Position numbers and translations under genes: made by a program. A stretch of 64,000 nucleotides of DNA from a virus, in the IMG/VR virus record IMGVR_UViG_3300045988_154892. The stretch is one strand, 5' to 3'. Numbering within the stretch: the stretch's first letter is position 1; every line of letters starts with the position of its first letter. The notes below the pieces were generated by a model. That model had not been told where the DNA came from and made no database searches. It saw only the letters and a list, made by a program, of their open reading frames with translations. Below are positions 1 to 8,055 of the stretch, piece by piece.

Positions 1-534
1 ATTTCAGTAAAAACAGTTCAGAAACTGTACGAGATTTTTGGCGGAAGTGTAAATTCCAAAGGGTATAAAGAGCTGAATCCAAAGATTGGTATTATTTATG
101 GAGATGGCTGTCAGTACAGTAAAATCAAAGAAATTTGGACACAGCTTGAAAAACTTGGATTTGCTGCAGATACGATCCTTTTTGGAGTAGGTGCATTCTC
201 ATTTTCAGCAATGTGTACTCCGGAAGATGGAATGGTTTGCCTAACTAGAGACACATTTGGATTTGCTATGAAAAGTACCTATTGTGTAATTGATGGAAAA
301 GAATATACCATTCAGAAAAATCCAAAAACGGATAGAAATAATTTAAAGAAATCACATAAAGGTCTTTGCCGTGTTGTGAAAGAAGGTAATAATTTTGTAT
401 GCCATGATGGATATACAGAAGATACGATTCCAGAAGAAAATGAATTAAAACTTATCTTTAAAAATGGAGAATTAGTAAAAGAGCAGACCTTTGGAGAAAT
501 CAGAGAAAGACTGAATGGAGAAAATCATGATTGA
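1..534 (+). CDS. nadV: nicotinamide phosphoribosyltransferase (NAMPT/NadV), C-terminal part; 5' end outside window
   Basis: Frame 1 is open from nt 1. GYKELNPKIGIIYGDGC...LTRDTFGFAMKSTYCVIDGKEYTIQKNPKTDRNNLKKSHKGL...IFKNGELVKEQTFGEIRERL matches the conserved C-terminal third of NAMPT as I remember it. Confidence 0.8.
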   Translation: MSVKTVQKLYEIFGGSVNSKGYKELNPKIGIIYGDGCQYSKIKEIWTQLEKLGFAADTILFGVGAFSFSAMCTPEDGMVCLTRDTFGFAMKSTYCVIDGKEYTIQKNPKTDRNNLKKSHKGLCRVVKEGNNFVCHDGYTEDTIPEENELKLIFKNGELVKEQTFGEIRERLNGENHD

Positions 535-1033
535 AATTATCGAAGGAAATTTATTTGATACGGATGCAAAATTTATTTGTCATCAGGTAAATTGTATGGG
601 AAAGATGGGATCTGGCGTGGCTTTGCAGGTCAGACAGCGATTTCCACATGTATACGAAGAATATAAAAAGGTAGCATCATCGGATATGCTGGGGAAAGTA
701 CAAATTGTACCAGTCAAGCCAAAATATATTGGATACGACTGTGGATCGATTGCGATTCCAAGTAATGAACAGTGGATTTGTAATTTCTTTGCACAAGATA
801 ACTATGGATATGACGGAAAACAATATACTTCTCTGGAAGCATTAGAAAAGTGTTTTAGAACTATGTGTCGGAAAGCACATGAAAGGAACAATAATTTTAG
901 TGCAACAATTGCTATGCCATATAAGATCGGCTGTGATCGTGGTGGAGCAGATTGGGACGAAGTATATTCAATGATGCAGAAGATTTTTAATGAACTTGAT
1001 ACTCATGTTGAACTGTGGAAATTAAATCAGTAA
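527..1033 (+). CDS. macro domain protein (ADP-ribose binding/hydrolase)
   Basis: MIEIIEGNLFDTDAKFICHQVNCMGKMGSGVALQVRQRFP is a typical macro-domain N-terminus. SD GGAGAAAATC precedes ATG 527. The start overlaps the nadV stop (ATGATTGA). The ORF-track start at 515 is also possible. Confidence 0.75.
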   Translation: MIEIIEGNLFDTDAKFICHQVNCMGKMGSGVALQVRQRFPHVYEEYKKVASSDMLGKVQIVPVKPKYIGYDCGSIAIPSNEQWICNFFAQDNYGYDGKQYTSLEALEKCFRTMCRKAHERNNNFSATIAMPYKIGCDRGGADWDEVYSMMQKIFNELDTHVELWKLNQ

Positions 1034-1050
1034 AGGAGAGGAGAATAGAT

Positions 1051-1809
1051 ATGTATACTTTTGATGCAAAAGAAACAAAAAATAAGATTGTCGAGTGGAT
1101 TAAAATGTTCTTTGAGCAGAATGGGAAAGATTGTATTGCCACAGTAGGTCTTTCAGGGGGTAAAGATTCAAGCATTGTTGCGGCTCTCTGTGTGGAAGCT
1201 CTTGGAAAGAATAGAGTTTTAGGTGTGCTCATGCCAGACGGAGAACAGGCAGATATTGAAGATGCCTATGAAGTTGCTAAACATTTAGGTATTGAATACT
1301 GTACTGTAAATATTCATCCAGCAATTCTTGCGCTAAAGCACGAAATCAGACCACAAATTGGTGATCATTGGTCAAAACAGACATCAATTAATCTGCCTCC
1401 TCGAATCAGAATGACAACACTTTATGCAATTTCACAGAGTATGAATGGACGAGTTGCTAATACATGCAATCTTTCGGAAACACTCTTATCTTGGGAAACT
1501 CGCTGGGGCGATGCAGTAGGAGACTTTGCACCATTAAAGGATTTCACAGTACAGGAAGTAAAAGCTATTGGATATGAGACGATTCTACTGAAAAAGATGG
1601 TTGACAAAACGCCGTCAGACGGATTATGTGGATCTTCTGATGAAAGCGCTCTTGGATTTAAATATTCTGTATTCGATCGGTATGCAAGAACAGGTGAAAT
1701 TGATGATGCTGCAGTAAAAGCTATTATCGATGCAAGGGTTGAAAAATACAGATTCAAGAGAAGACCAATTCCATATTTTGAAAGTGGTCTGAAATCATAT
1801 TTAGACTGA
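1051..1809 (+). CDS. nadE: NH3-dependent NAD+ synthetase (PP-loop ATPase)
   Basis: PP-loop VGLSGGKDSS, PPRIRMTTLY, SETLLSWETRWGDAVGDFAPLKDF, TPSDGL...SDESALGF. SD GGAGAGGAGAATAG lies before ATG 1051. Confidence 0.85.
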   Translation: MYTFDAKETKNKIVEWIKMFFEQNGKDCIATVGLSGGKDSSIVAALCVEALGKNRVLGVLMPDGEQADIEDAYEVAKHLGIEYCTVNIHPAILALKHEIRPQIGDHWSKQTSINLPPRIRMTTLYAISQSMNGRVANTCNLSETLLSWETRWGDAVGDFAPLKDFTVQEVKAIGYETILLKKMVDKTPSDGLCGSSDESALGFKYSVFDRYARTGEIDDAAVKAIIDARVEKYRFKRRPIPYFESGLKSYLD

Positions 1810-1847
1810 TTTGCATTCTAAAATAACCTTAATAATTTGATATCATG

Positions 1848-1902
1848 AGCGTTCTACAATCAATTCTAATTCACTAGGTATATAAATTGTAGAACGCTTT
1901 TT
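1848..1902 (+). terminator. hairpin plus T5, likely intrinsic terminator of the NAD operon
   Basis: 13-bp perfect stem AGCGTTCTACAAT/ATTGTAGAACGCT with a 25-nt loop, followed by TTTTT. Confidence 0.55.
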
Positions 1903-1927
1903 GAAAATGGATTCTAAGAGAATAATC

Positions 1928-1956
1928 TTACATAGAATGATATAACTATTTACATA
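1928..1956 (+). promoter_or_regulatory. candidate sigma-A type promoter
   Basis: TTACAT, 17 nt spacer, TACATA, about 20 nt upstream of GTG 1975. Weak evidence. Confidence 0.25.
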
Positions 1957-1974
1957 AAGAGAGGACAAAAATCA

Positions 1975-2253
1975 GTGACTATTAAAGATGTATTAGATGA
2001 TATTGACTGCATGATCAACACACTTTGCCTTGCAAAACGGGAACTAGGCTATGCAGTAGTATATGAAAGTGAAAGAAACATTCTAAACGAAGATCAGTGG
2101 ATCGGATTTATCAAAGATCATCAGCAGCCAAGCGGAACAATTATCAGAGAGGGATTAAAACAGGTTAGCCGTGTTTCTCGCAAACTGGCTGATGAAGTTG
2201 TGTACGGCAAAGAAGATTCTAATAAAATTTGTAGAGGAGATATGGATGAATAA
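1975..2253 (+). CDS. hypothetical protein
   Basis: GTG-start ORF after GAGAGGACAAAAATCA; first gene after the terminator. Confidence 0.5.
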   Translation: MTIKDVLDDIDCMINTLCLAKRELGYAVVYESERNILNEDQWIGFIKDHQQPSGTIIREGLKQVSRVSRKLADEVVYGKEDSNKICRGDMDE

Positions 2254-2503
2254 GATCATCGAGGAAGATTTCGAATGTCTTGATAAGCATATAACAAAAG
2301 CATTGACATTCGATAAAGACAATTTATATAAAATTTCGGACTTTATCGAACTACTACAGAAAGCGATGGAGAAATATGGTGATAAAGAAATTGCTACACA
2401 TGATATGAATTTTGACGTTATTTCAGGGATTACATGGCCCTATATTTATTTTGATGAGACTGCAGGTGTCGATAATAATGGTATGATTTGTATTTTTGAA
2501 TAG
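2246..2503 (+). CDS. hypothetical protein
   Basis: ATG 2246 lies 6 nt after GAGGAG and overlaps the previous stop. Confidence 0.55.
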   Translation: MNKIIEEDFECLDKHITKALTFDKDNLYKISDFIELLQKAMEKYGDKEIATHDMNFDVISGITWPYIYFDETAGVDNNGMICIFE

Positions 2504-2516
2504 GAGAAAAGGAAAT

Positions 2517-3242
2517 ATGAAAACTCAAATTAGAATGGGTGTGTTTGAGACAAATTCATCAAGTATGCATTCGCTTTGCGTGATGAAAAATGAAGGTAAA
2601 TATACTCCACAAGAAATTACTCATGATATGTGGTTATGGGATGATTCAAAAACAGGAGAGAAAAATTGTATTTGGAGACCATATGAGGAAGATTTATATT
2701 TTGGAAGATCTCCATTTAGGGCATTAGCAAGTTTTTCTGATAAATGGCTATATGCTTGTGCTTCGTTGGTTGAAGAATATAATGATGATACATATAAAGA
2801 ATTATTACGAATTGTTAAGAAATATGTGCCGACATTAAAGAAAATTGAACTTCCAGAAAAATGTAAATATATTCCGAATAAAGATAACGAAGAATATAAT
2901 GCAGACAATTATTACCAGGAAGGAATGACGGAAGAAGAGTTAAACAAGTTTCTTTCTGACAAAGAAGAACAATATGGAATTGAAATTAATTATTGGACTG
3001 ATTCAGAAAATGAATCCTGGAGATTCAATATTCCAGATACTGGTTCTGTGGATGAAGATATCCTTAGTGGATTTTTAAAAAAAGAGAATATCACATTAGA
3101 AGAGTTTATTTCTAACAAAAAATATGTAGTAATTCAGGATGGAGATGAAACATGCTATTTTTCTGGAATGAAAGAAGTAGGTTTAATCAATATGGATGCA
3201 ATTGATCATGAATATCCAGAAGGGGAATGGTGGGAAAGATGA
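2517..3242 (+). CDS. hypothetical protein, FETNSSS-motif family (paralog A)
   Basis: MKTQIRMGVFETNSSSMHS N-terminus is shared with the next ORF. SD AGGAGAAAAGG. Confidence 0.7.
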   Translation: MKTQIRMGVFETNSSSMHSLCVMKNEGKYTPQEITHDMWLWDDSKTGEKNCIWRPYEEDLYFGRSPFRALASFSDKWLYACASLVEEYNDDTYKELLRIVKKYVPTLKKIELPEKCKYIPNKDNEEYNADNYYQEGMTEEELNKFLSDKEEQYGIEINYWTDSENESWRFNIPDTGSVDEDILSGFLKKENITLEEFISNKKYVVIQDGDETCYFSGMKEVGLINMDAIDHEYPEGEWWER

Positions 3243-3640
3243 AAACACAAATTAGAAAAGGAACATTTGAAACAAATAGTAGCTCAGTTCACTCGCTCGT
3301 AATGTGTAATAAAAGCGATTATGATAAATGGGAGCAAGGAAAAGTATTTCTATTTAGAGGAAGTGGCTATGCCTATCCAGATGGCAACAAACCTCAAGTA
3401 AATCATTTTTATACAAAAGAAGAAGCAATCACCTTTGAAAAATCTAGCAAGTATCATCCAAATTTTACATACGACACAGAAGGAGATCTTTTGGATTTTC
3501 TTCATGAAAATGAATGGTATGATTATGACTATTTTTGGAATGAATGGTGCGATAATTATTGGGAAACTTTTGAAGAATTATTCACAACAGAGAATGGGGA
3601 CACTGTTATTGCGTTCGGCTATGATGGATATGACGGCTGA
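3239..3640 (+). CDS. hypothetical protein, FETNSSS-motif family (paralog B)
   Basis: MKTQIRKGTFETNSSSVHS. ATGA overlap with paralog A. Ends with TGA TAA. Confidence 0.7.
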   Translation: MKTQIRKGTFETNSSSVHSLVMCNKSDYDKWEQGKVFLFRGSGYAYPDGNKPQVNHFYTKEEAITFEKSSKYHPNFTYDTEGDLLDFLHENEWYDYDYFWNEWCDNYWETFEELFTTENGDTVIAFGYDGYDG

Positions 3641-3663
3641 TAAAATTTAGGAGGATTATAGGA

Positions 3664-4560
3664 ATGGAATTATTAGGAGCTTATAAAAATGGCAATTATC
3701 GTACTCTTATATTGAGTGATGGGACAAAGATCAGAAAAACAAATGATGATGAGTTTATTCCGGATTTTGCAGAAAATATGGATATCAAAATAACAAATTG
3801 TTGCGATCGAAATTGTCTTATGTGTCATGAAGATAGTATTCCTGATGGGAAACATGGAGATATTATGAACGAAAAGTTTATTGATACTTTACATCCATAT
3901 CAGGAGGTAGCAATCGGTGGCGGTGATATCACTACACATCCTGATTTAATTCCATTCCTACAAAAACTTAAAGAACGAAAAGTAATTGCGAATATTACTG
4001 TAAATCAGATTCATTTTGAACAAAAACAGGATCTGATAAAAAGATTAGTTAATGAAAAACTGATCTACGGTCTTGGTGTATCACTTGTCAATCCAACGGA
4101 AAAATTTATTTCTCTAATTAAGCAATATCCAAATGCAGTAATTCATGTCATTAATGGTATCTTAAAACCATCTGATATCGAAGCATTAGGGAATAATAAT
4201 CTGAAGATGCTGATCCTTGGCTATAAGCAGCTTCGTAGAGGGACTGATTGGTATACAGAAGATCATGAAAATATTGTAGTAAGACAGATGTGGTTGAAAG
4301 AGAACATCTGTAACATTTACGACAAATTCAAAGTTGTGTCATTTGACAATCTAGCCATCGAACAGCTTAATATGCGACGTTTCTTTACGGACAAAGAATG
4401 GGAAGAATTTTACATGGGCGATGACGGAAAATTTACTTATTATATTGACATGGTAGAAAGAAAATTTGCAAAAAGTTCAACAGCGCCAATGGATAAAAGA
4501 TATGATCTGATAGATTCTACAGATGAGATGTTTAGGCGAATTGTGACAGAGAATAAATAA
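3664..4560 (+). CDS. radical SAM enzyme
   Basis: CX3CX2C cluster motif NCCDRNCLMC, glycine-rich AIGGGD SAM motif, SD AGGAGG. Confidence 0.8.
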   Translation: MELLGAYKNGNYRTLILSDGTKIRKTNDDEFIPDFAENMDIKITNCCDRNCLMCHEDSIPDGKHGDIMNEKFIDTLHPYQEVAIGGGDITTHPDLIPFLQKLKERKVIANITVNQIHFEQKQDLIKRLVNEKLIYGLGVSLVNPTEKFISLIKQYPNAVIHVINGILKPSDIEALGNNNLKMLILGYKQLRRGTDWYTEDHENIVVRQMWLKENICNIYDKFKVVSFDNLAIEQLNMRRFFTDKEWEEFYMGDDGKFTYYIDMVERKFAKSSTAPMDKRYDLIDSTDEMFRRIVTENK

Positions 4561-4591
4561 ATGAAATCGAAATTTCAGAGGAGTGAGGAAT

Positions 4592-4873
4592 ATGCAAAAA
4601 GAATTTAAAAACTTATTTTGCGATTTTACAGATAGCGAATTAGAGAAATGTTATTGGAGTCGAATTAGAATTTTAAATAAAACCAATGAGGATTATGAGC
4701 CTTATAAAGATATGGTAAAAAAATGTCAAAAACTTATTGGATATGAATATAATCCCAAAATGGCAGATGCAATTTGCGAGGGACATATGTTTAACGAAAT
4801 TGCTAAACGATTTTTTAAAATTGTAAACATGAGTGATGATTTATGTGAAGTGTACGGGATTAAAAAGAGATAG
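4592..4873 (+). CDS. hypothetical protein
   Basis: ATG after GAGGAGTGAGGAAT. Confidence 0.6.
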   Translation: MQKEFKNLFCDFTDSELEKCYWSRIRILNKTNEDYEPYKDMVKKCQKLIGYEYNPKMADAICEGHMFNEIAKRFFKIVNMSDDLCEVYGIKKR

Positions 4874-4900
4874 GATCGTTCTTGCAAAGGAGTAATTTTT

Positions 4901-5248
4901 ATGGGTAAATTAAAAGATGAATGTTTAAGATCATATTTAGCAGAAAAGAAGATTAATATAGATTACTTCATGAAAATGGCTGGTGTTATTGAATATAAAA
5001 AAGCAATTGATAAATTTATGGAAAAATTTGATAGCTTATATTCTGAAGAATTGTGTTTGCATTTAACTGAAAGAGAGAATAATTGGGGCAATAACTATTA
5101 CAAAAAACATAAGTTCGATAAAAATTGCGAATGTAATAAATGTAAATACTTTTGCAGATGTATGAAAACGGTAGAAAATCCTGTAAGATCTTCAGACGGC
5201 AGATGCAAACAAAAGTACATCTTTGATAGTAAGGAAAAGGGAAAATAA
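4901..5248 (+). CDS. hypothetical protein, Cys-rich C-terminus
   Basis: SD AAAGGAG. C-terminal CECNKCKYFCRC. Confidence 0.6.
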   Translation: MGKLKDECLRSYLAEKKINIDYFMKMAGVIEYKKAIDKFMEKFDSLYSEELCLHLTERENNWGNNYYKKHKFDKNCECNKCKYFCRCMKTVENPVRSSDGRCKQKYIFDSKEKGK

Positions 5249-5251
5249 ACT

Positions 5252-5389
5252 TTGAATGTATATTTAGTAAGTATTAAGCGAAAAAGTTGGTGTCAGGATT
5301 ACGCTATGGTTGTTATAGCAGAAGATAAAATTCTTGAAAAATATGGCATTTTCCCGTTTTTGTGGAGAAAAAGAAAGGTTTGGTTGTGA
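5252..5389 (+). CDS. hypothetical protein, N-terminal paralog of 6906-7109 (possibly frameshifted into 5334-5591)
   Basis: TTG start. (M)NVYLVSIKRKSWCQDYAMVVIAED versus MMNVYLVKIKPTEWCQDYAMVVIAED at 6906. Confidence 0.4.
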   Translation: MNVYLVSIKRKSWCQDYAMVVIAEDKILEKYGIFPFLWRKRKVWL

Positions 5390-5591
5390 TAATAGCCATA
5401 GTTCTAAAGGTGTCTGGGATTGGGAGACTACTTGGTATGGAAAACATGATAAAAATAACAATAAATTTTCGTGGTTGAGATTTTGGGAGAAAAATACAAT
5501 TTGGAAGTATAAAAAATTTGAATGTCATACATGCGGTGCTAAATGGGAATCTCCACCATATCCTAAAAATATTGGTGGATATGAGTCATGA
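5334..5591 (+). CDS. hypothetical protein (half zinc ribbon CHTCG)
   Basis: ORF-track ORF. Weak similarity of GEKERFGCDNSHSSKG to AERKARWSSDDFRKA of the 6906 paralog suggests it may be the shifted continuation of 5252. Confidence 0.4.
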   Translation: MKNMAFSRFCGEKERFGCDNSHSSKGVWDWETTWYGKHDKNNNKFSWLRFWEKNTIWKYKKFECHTCGAKWESPPYPKNIGGYES

Positions 5592-5803
5592 ATTTCACAA
5601 AAGATGATATTACAGAAGAATTCGAAAATAATTTGCTTGAATTATTTTTAGATAAATTATCTGAGACACCTTCAAAGATTTTAAATGATGAAGGAGACTT
5701 AATGTATACGAATTATGAAGCTTTAGAAGTTCTACAGAAAGTTTTTGAAATCATTATGCAAGAGGACGATTTTAAAATTATATCGAAAACATTAGGAGAA
5801 TAA
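5588..5803 (+). CDS. hypothetical acidic protein
   Basis: ATGA overlap with the previous ORF. Confidence 0.6.
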   Translation: MNFTKDDITEEFENNLLELFLDKLSETPSKILNDEGDLMYTNYEALEVLQKVFEIIMQEDDFKIISKTLGE

Positions 5804-5807
5804 TAAA

Positions 5808-5987
5808 ATGCGACGGTTAATCAATTATATTCGATCCTGTTTTTGTAAGCATGAATGGGAATTAATATTCGATACCAATATTTATGGTTATGATTTTTGG
5901 GGAAGGCTAGAATCAATGCCAAGATATCATGAAAAAACATACCGTTGTAAGAAATGTGGTATGGAGAAAAAATATCAATCAAATTAA
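5808..5987 (+). CDS. hypothetical small zinc-ribbon-like protein (59 aa, below ORF-track cutoff)
   Basis: GGAGAATAATAAA then ATG. MRRLINYIRSCFCKHEW...YRCKKCG. Confidence 0.5.
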   Translation: MRRLINYIRSCFCKHEWELIFDTNIYGYDFWGRLESMPRYHEKTYRCKKCGMEKKYQSN

Positions 5988-6001
5988 AGGAGAACAAGAT
6001 T

Positions 6002-6286
6002 ATGGCAGTATTAACAAATTTTGAAGAAGATGAACTGGTTGTAAATTGCAGTTGTGGTTGTGATGAAGGAGTTCATATTAAATTAGATCATGATACTGAA
6101 ACTGATGACTATGCTTTTATGGTATTTACCAATGGTAATTTTTACAAAGAACAAGGTCATACCTTTTCGACAAAGCTGAGAAAAATTTGGGCTGTTATCC
6201 GTAATAAAGATTTTTATTATGCAGATATCTGTATGAGTAAAGAGGATTTCCGAAGATTCAAAGAATGGGTCAACAAAGTAGCATAA
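6002..6286 (+). CDS. hypothetical protein
   Basis: AAAGGAGAACAAGATT then ATG 6002. Confidence 0.6.
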   Translation: MAVLTNFEEDELVVNCSCGCDEGVHIKLDHDTETDDYAFMVFTNGNFYKEQGHTFSTKLRKIWAVIRNKDFYYADICMSKEDFRRFKEWVNKVA

Positions 6287-6301
6287 AAAAGGAGAGCAGT
6301 C

Positions 6302-6694
6302 GTGCGTATGGTAAATAATAGTTTTGAAATTGGAGAAAAATGCTGGACAGTGTGTAAAAAGAGAATACAGCACAAGTGTCCTGTATGTGATGGCAATGGG
6401 TATTTTACTTACAATGGGTATGAAATTCAGTGCAGAAATTGCGGTTCAACTGGTAAAGTAACTGATGCGGCACAATCGGTACTGAGTTCATGTAAAGTTG
6501 TTATTGATAGAATTGATGTAACCTTTTATAGCGATGGATCGGATAAGATTAAGTATAGAGTACATGCTTTAGAAGAAAACAGATATAAAATTCCAGTTCG
6601 AAACCGTTCAGAAAAGAATCTCTTCAAAACACGAGAAGAAGCCGAAGCATATTGTTTTAAAGAAAATACAAAAGAAATAAATATGCCAACTTAA
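6302..6694 (+). CDS. hypothetical protein with DnaJ-type CxxCxGxG zinc finger
   Basis: CPVCDGNGY...CRNCGSTGK. SD AAAGGAGAG. Confidence 0.6.
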   Translation: MRMVNNSFEIGEKCWTVCKKRIQHKCPVCDGNGYFTYNGYEIQCRNCGSTGKVTDAAQSVLSSCKVVIDRIDVTFYSDGSDKIKYRVHALEENRYKIPVRNRSEKNLFKTREEAEAYCFKENTKEINMPT

Positions 6695-6695
6695 T

Positions 6696-6905
6696 ATGAA
6701 AGAAGGGCTAATGTATATGACAGTAGAAGAATTACAGCTGGAAGCATTTCGACAGATCAGGAGAAAAGTATCTGATATTACGGATGAATCATCAAATGAT
6801 GAGATTGCTGGTTATGTCAAAGGTATTGTAAATCTGGAAAGAGAACTGTATAAAAGGATTGAAGAAGACAATAAACCAATGAATAGTGAGGACATAGTAA
6901 GATAA
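6696..6905 (+). CDS. hypothetical protein
   Basis: Co-directional packed ORF; start uncertain (6696 or 6717). Confidence 0.5.
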   Translation: MKEGLMYMTVEELQLEAFRQIRRKVSDITDESSNDEIAGYVKGIVNLERELYKRIEEDNKPMNSEDIVR

Positions 6906-7109
6906 ATGATGAATGTGTATTTGGTGAAAATTAAACCAACTGAATGGTGTCAAGATTATGCCATGGTAGTTATAGCAGAAGACGAAAAACATGCAGAAAG
7001 AAAAGCAAGGTGGAGTTCTGATGATTTTCGAAAAGCTACGGACGTTGTGGTGCAGAAAATAAATTTAGATCAAGAACAGGTCGTATTGATTGCAAATACA
7101 GGAGCATAA
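6906..7109 (+). CDS. hypothetical protein (paralog of 5252)
   Basis: Abuts the previous stop (TAAATG). Confidence 0.6.
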   Translation: MMNVYLVKIKPTEWCQDYAMVVIAEDEKHAERKARWSSDDFRKATDVVVQKINLDQEQVVLIANTGA

Positions 7110-7123
7110 GGAAGAGGTAAGGT

Positions 7124-7372
7124 ATGAGAAATTTAGATGAAAATGATTTAAAGGTATTATTTGAATCGCTTGGACAAATCTTACATAATCAGGATAAAAT
7201 TAATAAACATTTTGGTATTAACAAACATGATTGTGATTGGGGATATGAAGATACAAAAACAGAAGATTTGAGTCAAGAATGTTTTGTTATTACTCAGGAT
7301 TATAAGGATTATATTGATGAGCAGGAAGAAGAGCAAAAGAAAATCCCGATAGATCCAATGGCAATATTTTAA
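7124..7372 (+). CDS. hypothetical acidic protein
   Basis: SD GGAAGAGGTAAGGT then ATG. Confidence 0.6.
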   Translation: MRNLDENDLKVLFESLGQILHNQDKINKHFGINKHDCDWGYEDTKTEDLSQECFVITQDYKDYIDEQEEEQKKIPIDPMAIF

Positions 7373-8055
7373 TGAGTAACTCGATGAAATGTTGTTTTCA
7401 ACAGGAGGAAGAGATGGATAAATATTTGAGTGTGATTACAAACTTTGGCTGCCACTATGCGTGTCCATATTGTATTGTCAAGAATAATAATATGCAGATT
7501 CCTAAAAGTACATTGGAAGGGATTGATTCCTTAGCAGATGAGATTAAGAGGAATAATTGCAATTGGGTTTCTTTGTCGGGTGGCGGAGATCCAATTTGGG
7601 ATTATGAAAATCATAAAGATTGGTATAACAAATTTTTTGATATTGTTAACGCACTAAGGGTAAAAATCGAATTACATACAAGTATTCCTAATCTAAGTAA
7701 TGTTCCATATAACCGCTTCAACAGAGTAGTGTATCATCTGCATAGTCTTAAACAGCTCCGTTCCATCAAAAGAATTGGCAATGAAATTATTAGAGTTGTC
7801 TTTGTGGTAACAAAAGATTTTACGGAAGATCTAATCAATAAAATTGCTGTTTACTGTTATAATTCAGATAATATTGACGAGTTAAGTTTTCGCCAGATGG
7901 TAGATAATCATTATCAGGAGACAGATTACTGCAGAGATTATCTAAGGTCGGGACATCAGAAATTATGGTGGTATATTGAGCAGAGCGACTACAATCTTTA
8001 TTATTGTGAAAATAAAGTATATACGGAATATAGAAAAATTGGAGAAAATATATGA
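7372..8055 (+). CDS. radical SAM enzyme (small, activase/QueE-sized)
   Basis: GCHYACPYC (CX3CX2C) and SLSGGGDP. A stronger SD (AGGAGGAAGAG) precedes the in-frame ATG 7414. Confidence 0.8.
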   Translation: MSNSMKCCFQQEEEMDKYLSVITNFGCHYACPYCIVKNNNMQIPKSTLEGIDSLADEIKRNNCNWVSLSGGGDPIWDYENHKDWYNKFFDIVNALRVKIELHTSIPNLSNVPYNRFNRVVYHLHSLKQLRSIKRIGNEIIRVVFVVTKDFTEDLINKIAVYCYNSDNIDELSFRQMVDNHYQETDYCRDYLRSGHQKLWWYIEQSDYNLYYCENKVYTEYRKIGENI

